From a virus (taxonomy: Duplodnaviria > Caudoviricetes), in the IMG/VR virus record IMGVR_UViG_3300032288_000938, positions 1-56,429 of that record: DNA of 56,429 nucleotides, one strand, 5' to 3'. The notes below the pieces were generated by a model. That model was given only the letters and a program-made list of their open reading frames with translations, was not told the DNA's origin and searched no databases. The position numbers and the translations under genes were made by a program. Position 1 is the first letter of the stretch; each line of letters starts with the position of its first letter. Positions 54,016-56,429 of the stretch are shown here, piece by piece.

Positions 54016-54263
54016 CGATACCCTTTTGCGATTTTTGCAGCCGACTTTGGCTGCTTAGAGAATTGTTTGCCGGATTTAAGCGCCTTGCGCTTCTCACGGG
54101 TGGAAGCTGCATAAACGCCCGGAGGCATGGCCTTAATTGCCTTTTCAGGCAGATAACGCTCGCCTGTGGCCTTTGGCCCCTGCGTGGACGGCTTGCCGGA
54201 TTTTGTCCGCCATTTCTGGGCTGTCCAAGCCTTCAGAGACTGCTGTGGCTTCTTTAGCGGCAT
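54012..54263 (-). CDS. DUF5872-like basic protein
   Basis: Q.SL..WT.QKWRTKSGK, GERYLP, KQF.KQP. Confidence 0.75.
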   Translation of the reverse strand: MPLKKPQQSLKAWTAQKWRTKSGKPSTQGPKATGERYLPEKAIKAMPPGVYAASTREKRKALKSGKQFSKQPKSAAKIAKGYR

Positions 54264-54451
54264 CAGTCTTTATAACCTCCGCCAGCCTTTTTATACTGCG
54301 CAGCGAGCATCTGAGCCTTGCGGGCCGACCACTGGCCGGGTTTACCACCCTTGCCTCCAGCCTTCACACGCTCAAAGATAGCCTTGCGCATACCGGGCTT
54401 TGTGTAGTTACCGGCAGCATTTACTTTGCTCTTGGTTGGTTTCTTTGCCAT
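54263..54451 (-). CDS. Small basic protein (DUF5872-associated)
   Basis: NYTKP..R, GGKPGQWSARKAQ, YK..GGGY. Confidence 0.75.
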   Translation of the reverse strand: MAKKPTKSKVNAAGNYTKPGMRKAIFERVKAGGKGGKPGQWSARKAQMLAAQYKKAGGGYKD

Positions 54452-54711
54452 TAGCAGTTCCACGCCCTGAGAGACTTGTTGATGCGGCTGTTTGGATCGT
54501 TCGCCGTCTTGGAAGATGTGAGTTTCTTCTTCATTCCTGACATCCGCGCGCAGAACGACTTACGGCGTCCAGCGTCAGCCTTTGTCTTTGGCTTAGGTGC
54601 CGGGGGCTTCAGGTTCATGCCCTGAGCCTTCGCAGAGGCGCGTCCCTTAGCGTTTAAACCGCCTTTGGGGTTTTTGCCTTCCTTACGAGTCCATGCTGGG
54701 GAGCTTGCCAT
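54451..54711 (-). CDS. DUF6321-like basic protein
   Basis: PAW.RKEGKNP.GGLN.KGR, RRKSFCARM, SL..W.C. Confidence 0.75.
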   Translation of the reverse strand: MASSPAWTRKEGKNPKGGLNAKGRASAKAQGMNLKPPAPKPKTKADAGRRKSFCARMSGMKKKLTSSKTANDPNSRINKSLRAWNC

Positions 54712-55490
54712 TATGCACCATCGTTCTTTACTAATACCAAAATGAACATCGAGGAGCAGGCGTTATTTTCCGAACTTCCAAAACCCTGCGCCTCAACCGT
54801 CGTTTTTTCGGGGATAGCAACCGGATATTCAAATGCGTAATCGGCAGTGCCGTTGTTGAGAGTAGTTACAGCAGCCGTCAGCCTGATGTCATTTGTCCCG
54901 CGAGTCATAAGCCGACCAGTGACCGCGTTTGATCCTCCAGCCTGACCCGTAGAAAAAAGACCCTGCGCAAGGTAGCCAGTATATCCTGCCGGGATTGTAA
55001 AGCTGCCCGTAATTCGGTTGTTGTAATCGTAGGCCACGATGTCATATATCGTAGCCGGGACGCCAGCGGTTACGGTTCCTGTCCCAATGTATATGTTTCC
55101 GGCAGCCCCATTTAAGCTCCCGGCTGTGGCAACATATGCAGAGTTGATGTGTAGGTATGAGTTGACCGTCGTTACGGCTGTCTGACCGTTCATTGTTACA
55201 GTCTCGGAAATCTCATTGTGGTTTCCGTCAAGACCGCCGATAAATACGGTTCTAGCTCCCGTTCCGTTTGCCGTATCGTTGGCGTTTGCGGAACTAACCT
55301 TCATCTGAATGGCAGCAGCCGGGAACGGCAAAAGACCGCCGCCCGGCCATATGGTTTCTGGAGTTGAGTCAACGTCGGGGTTGTAACCAAAAACCACGAC
55401 AGAACGATGCCAAGCAATCTGGCCACGGGCGACCTGAAGCTCGAACGGCTCAAACTTGCCGCGTTGTGTAACTGAAGCAATCTCAGCCAT
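54711..55490 (-). CDS. Conserved virion-module protein
   Basis: FELQVARGQI, FGYN.DVD, GTGART, IPEKT. Confidence 0.7.
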   Translation of the reverse strand: MAEIASVTQRGKFEPFELQVARGQIAWHRSVVVFGYNPDVDSTPETIWPGGGLLPFPAAAIQMKVSSANANDTANGTGARTVFIGGLDGNHNEISETVTMNGQTAVTTVNSYLHINSAYVATAGSLNGAAGNIYIGTGTVTAGVPATIYDIVAYDYNNRITGSFTIPAGYTGYLAQGLFSTGQAGGSNAVTGRLMTRGTNDIRLTAAVTTLNNGTADYAFEYPVAIPEKTTVEAQGFGSSENNACSSMFILVLVKNDGA

Positions 55491-55502
55491 TCGAGCCTCC
55501 GG

Positions 55503-55784
55503 TTAAGCCTGATAGAACACCGTCACCGAAGTGGCGTTGGTGAGGTCGAGATACACGCTTGACTCAAAAAGGATTCCGTCATTTGGAATAATGATGTTGC
55601 CGGAGTAGTTGGCTCCGATAGCAACAGACAAGCGTGTCGTGCCGCTGGAACCACCATCCTTAAGGACAACAGATCCGGCAGTAGTTGTTGTAACGTGGAC
55701 ACCTTTCACACGGGCGCGGGAGGCATAAATGTCCCCGTCGTCCGTGCGAGTGGTGGCCTGAATATTGGATGTGTTAATAGCCAT
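55503..55784 (-). CDS. Conserved small virion protein
   Basis: RARVKG, LKDGG.SG, IP..GILF, TVFY. Confidence 0.7.
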   Translation of the reverse strand: MAINTSNIQATTRTDDGDIYASRARVKGVHVTTTTAGSVVLKDGGSSGTTRLSVAIGANYSGNIIIPNDGILFESSVYLDLTNATSVTVFYQA

Positions 55785-55806
55785 ATTGGCCTCCTACGAG
55801 GCCGAA

Positions 55807-56283
55807 TTACGACACAGCGGCGCTGAACGGCGTAGCGACGGTTCCAGAGCCAACCAGAACTGCACTCACGATCCAAAGATTCGTGGCGGCGTCCTTAAGC
55901 TCAACATAAGACCCAGCCAGACCGCCAGTTGTGCTGCCGTTCATGGTGATGGTGTCGGATGTAGCTGTGGTATAGAAAGCACCCGGAGTCGAGGCAGTCA
56001 CGACCGCAGCACCCTGCATGACATCGGTGGCGTCGGCCACAGAGATCGTTGTGGAGTTGCTGGTCACAGTTGTGCCGAGAAGGATGCGATAGACGGCCTG
56101 AGTGCCGGTCGCGGCTGGGAGCGTAATGGCCGTGCCAGCGGCGCGATTGATGTTGGCTGTGATGCCGTTGTAGCTGTCATCGAGCGTGAGCGTGGAAGCT
56201 GTGATCGAAGACGAAACGGAGTCTGTGCCAGAAATGAAACCGGCCTGAGATACGACTGGGCCGGAGAATGTAGTGCGAGCCAT
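55807..56283 (-). CDS. Conserved head-associated protein following the capsid gene across the join
   Basis: MA.TTFSGPV.S..GF; TLPAATG; ATPFS. Confidence 0.7.
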   Translation of the reverse strand: MARTTFSGPVVSQAGFISGTDSVSSSITASTLTLDDSYNGITANINRAAGTAITLPAATGTQAVYRILLGTTVTSNSTTISVADATDVMQGAAVVTASTPGAFYTTATSDTITMNGSTTGGLAGSYVELKDAATNLWIVSAVLVGSGTVATPFSAAVS

Positions 56284-56290
56284 GATTGCC

Positions 56291-56361
56291 TCTTGCAGGA
56301 GATAGGCTCCACAGTCTCTGCAACGTCTGCCGGGACAGTCTGGGGAGCCGGATTAACCCGG
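56291..56361 (-). ncRNA. Probable Mu-gpT-DE RNA motif (partial copy at 1-55)
   Basis: Directly downstream of gpT-like capsid gene; pairings CCGGG/CCCGG, GGCTCCCCAG/CTGTGGAGCC, TTGCAG/CTGCAA. Confidence 0.65.
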
Positions 56362-56429
56362 AAAGAAAGAAGGGGGGCCGAAGCCCCCCTCCGGTAGATT
56401 AGGCAGCGCCGGGCGAACCGAAGATGCCA

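Noticed and set aside
56307-56429. 123-bp end repeat as a biological direct terminal repeat
   Set aside because: It cuts through the capsid gene end and is best explained as assembly overlap of a circular contig

Overview
Complete, circularly permuted genome of a tailed dsDNA phage: 56,306 bp unique, with positions 1-123 repeated exactly at 56307-56429. It has a Mu-gpT-like major capsid protein, P22-like portal, TerL/TerS, GroES and podovirus-style ejection proteins. The host is most likely an alphaproteobacterium (GcrA homologue, GAAC-N7-GAAC LexA box, GTA-type holin). Layout: a long minus-strand virion/lysis arm (28.5-56.3 kb, continuing through the join into 0.1-7.7 kb); a tRNA and structured-RNA island (7.7-8.5 kb); a minus-strand small-gene region with phoH, gcrA, a transglycosylase and an HNH; terS; a plus-strand early region with an ArdC-like gene; a Twinkle-like primase-helicase (no DNA polymerase seen); and a plus-strand recombination operon ending in a tyrosine recombinase. 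Most notable signals: (1) a [MFYL]-x-x-G-G peptide motif and a basic G-x-A-x-[KR]-G tail shared by about nine unrelated late proteins, next to a stand-alone LSDGEYV-domain protein, a candidate virion sorting/processing system; (2) five non-coding, pseudoknot-rich structured elements plus a probable Mu-gpT-DE RNA; (3) a strand-polarised DNA motif CTGCG-N2/3-GCTGTCGGGGTT at early-gene boundaries and inside three structural genes; (4) a 2194-aa polyvalent protein with peptidase, methyltransferase and ART-like domains. All calls are by-eye motif recognition; no searches or folding programs were run.
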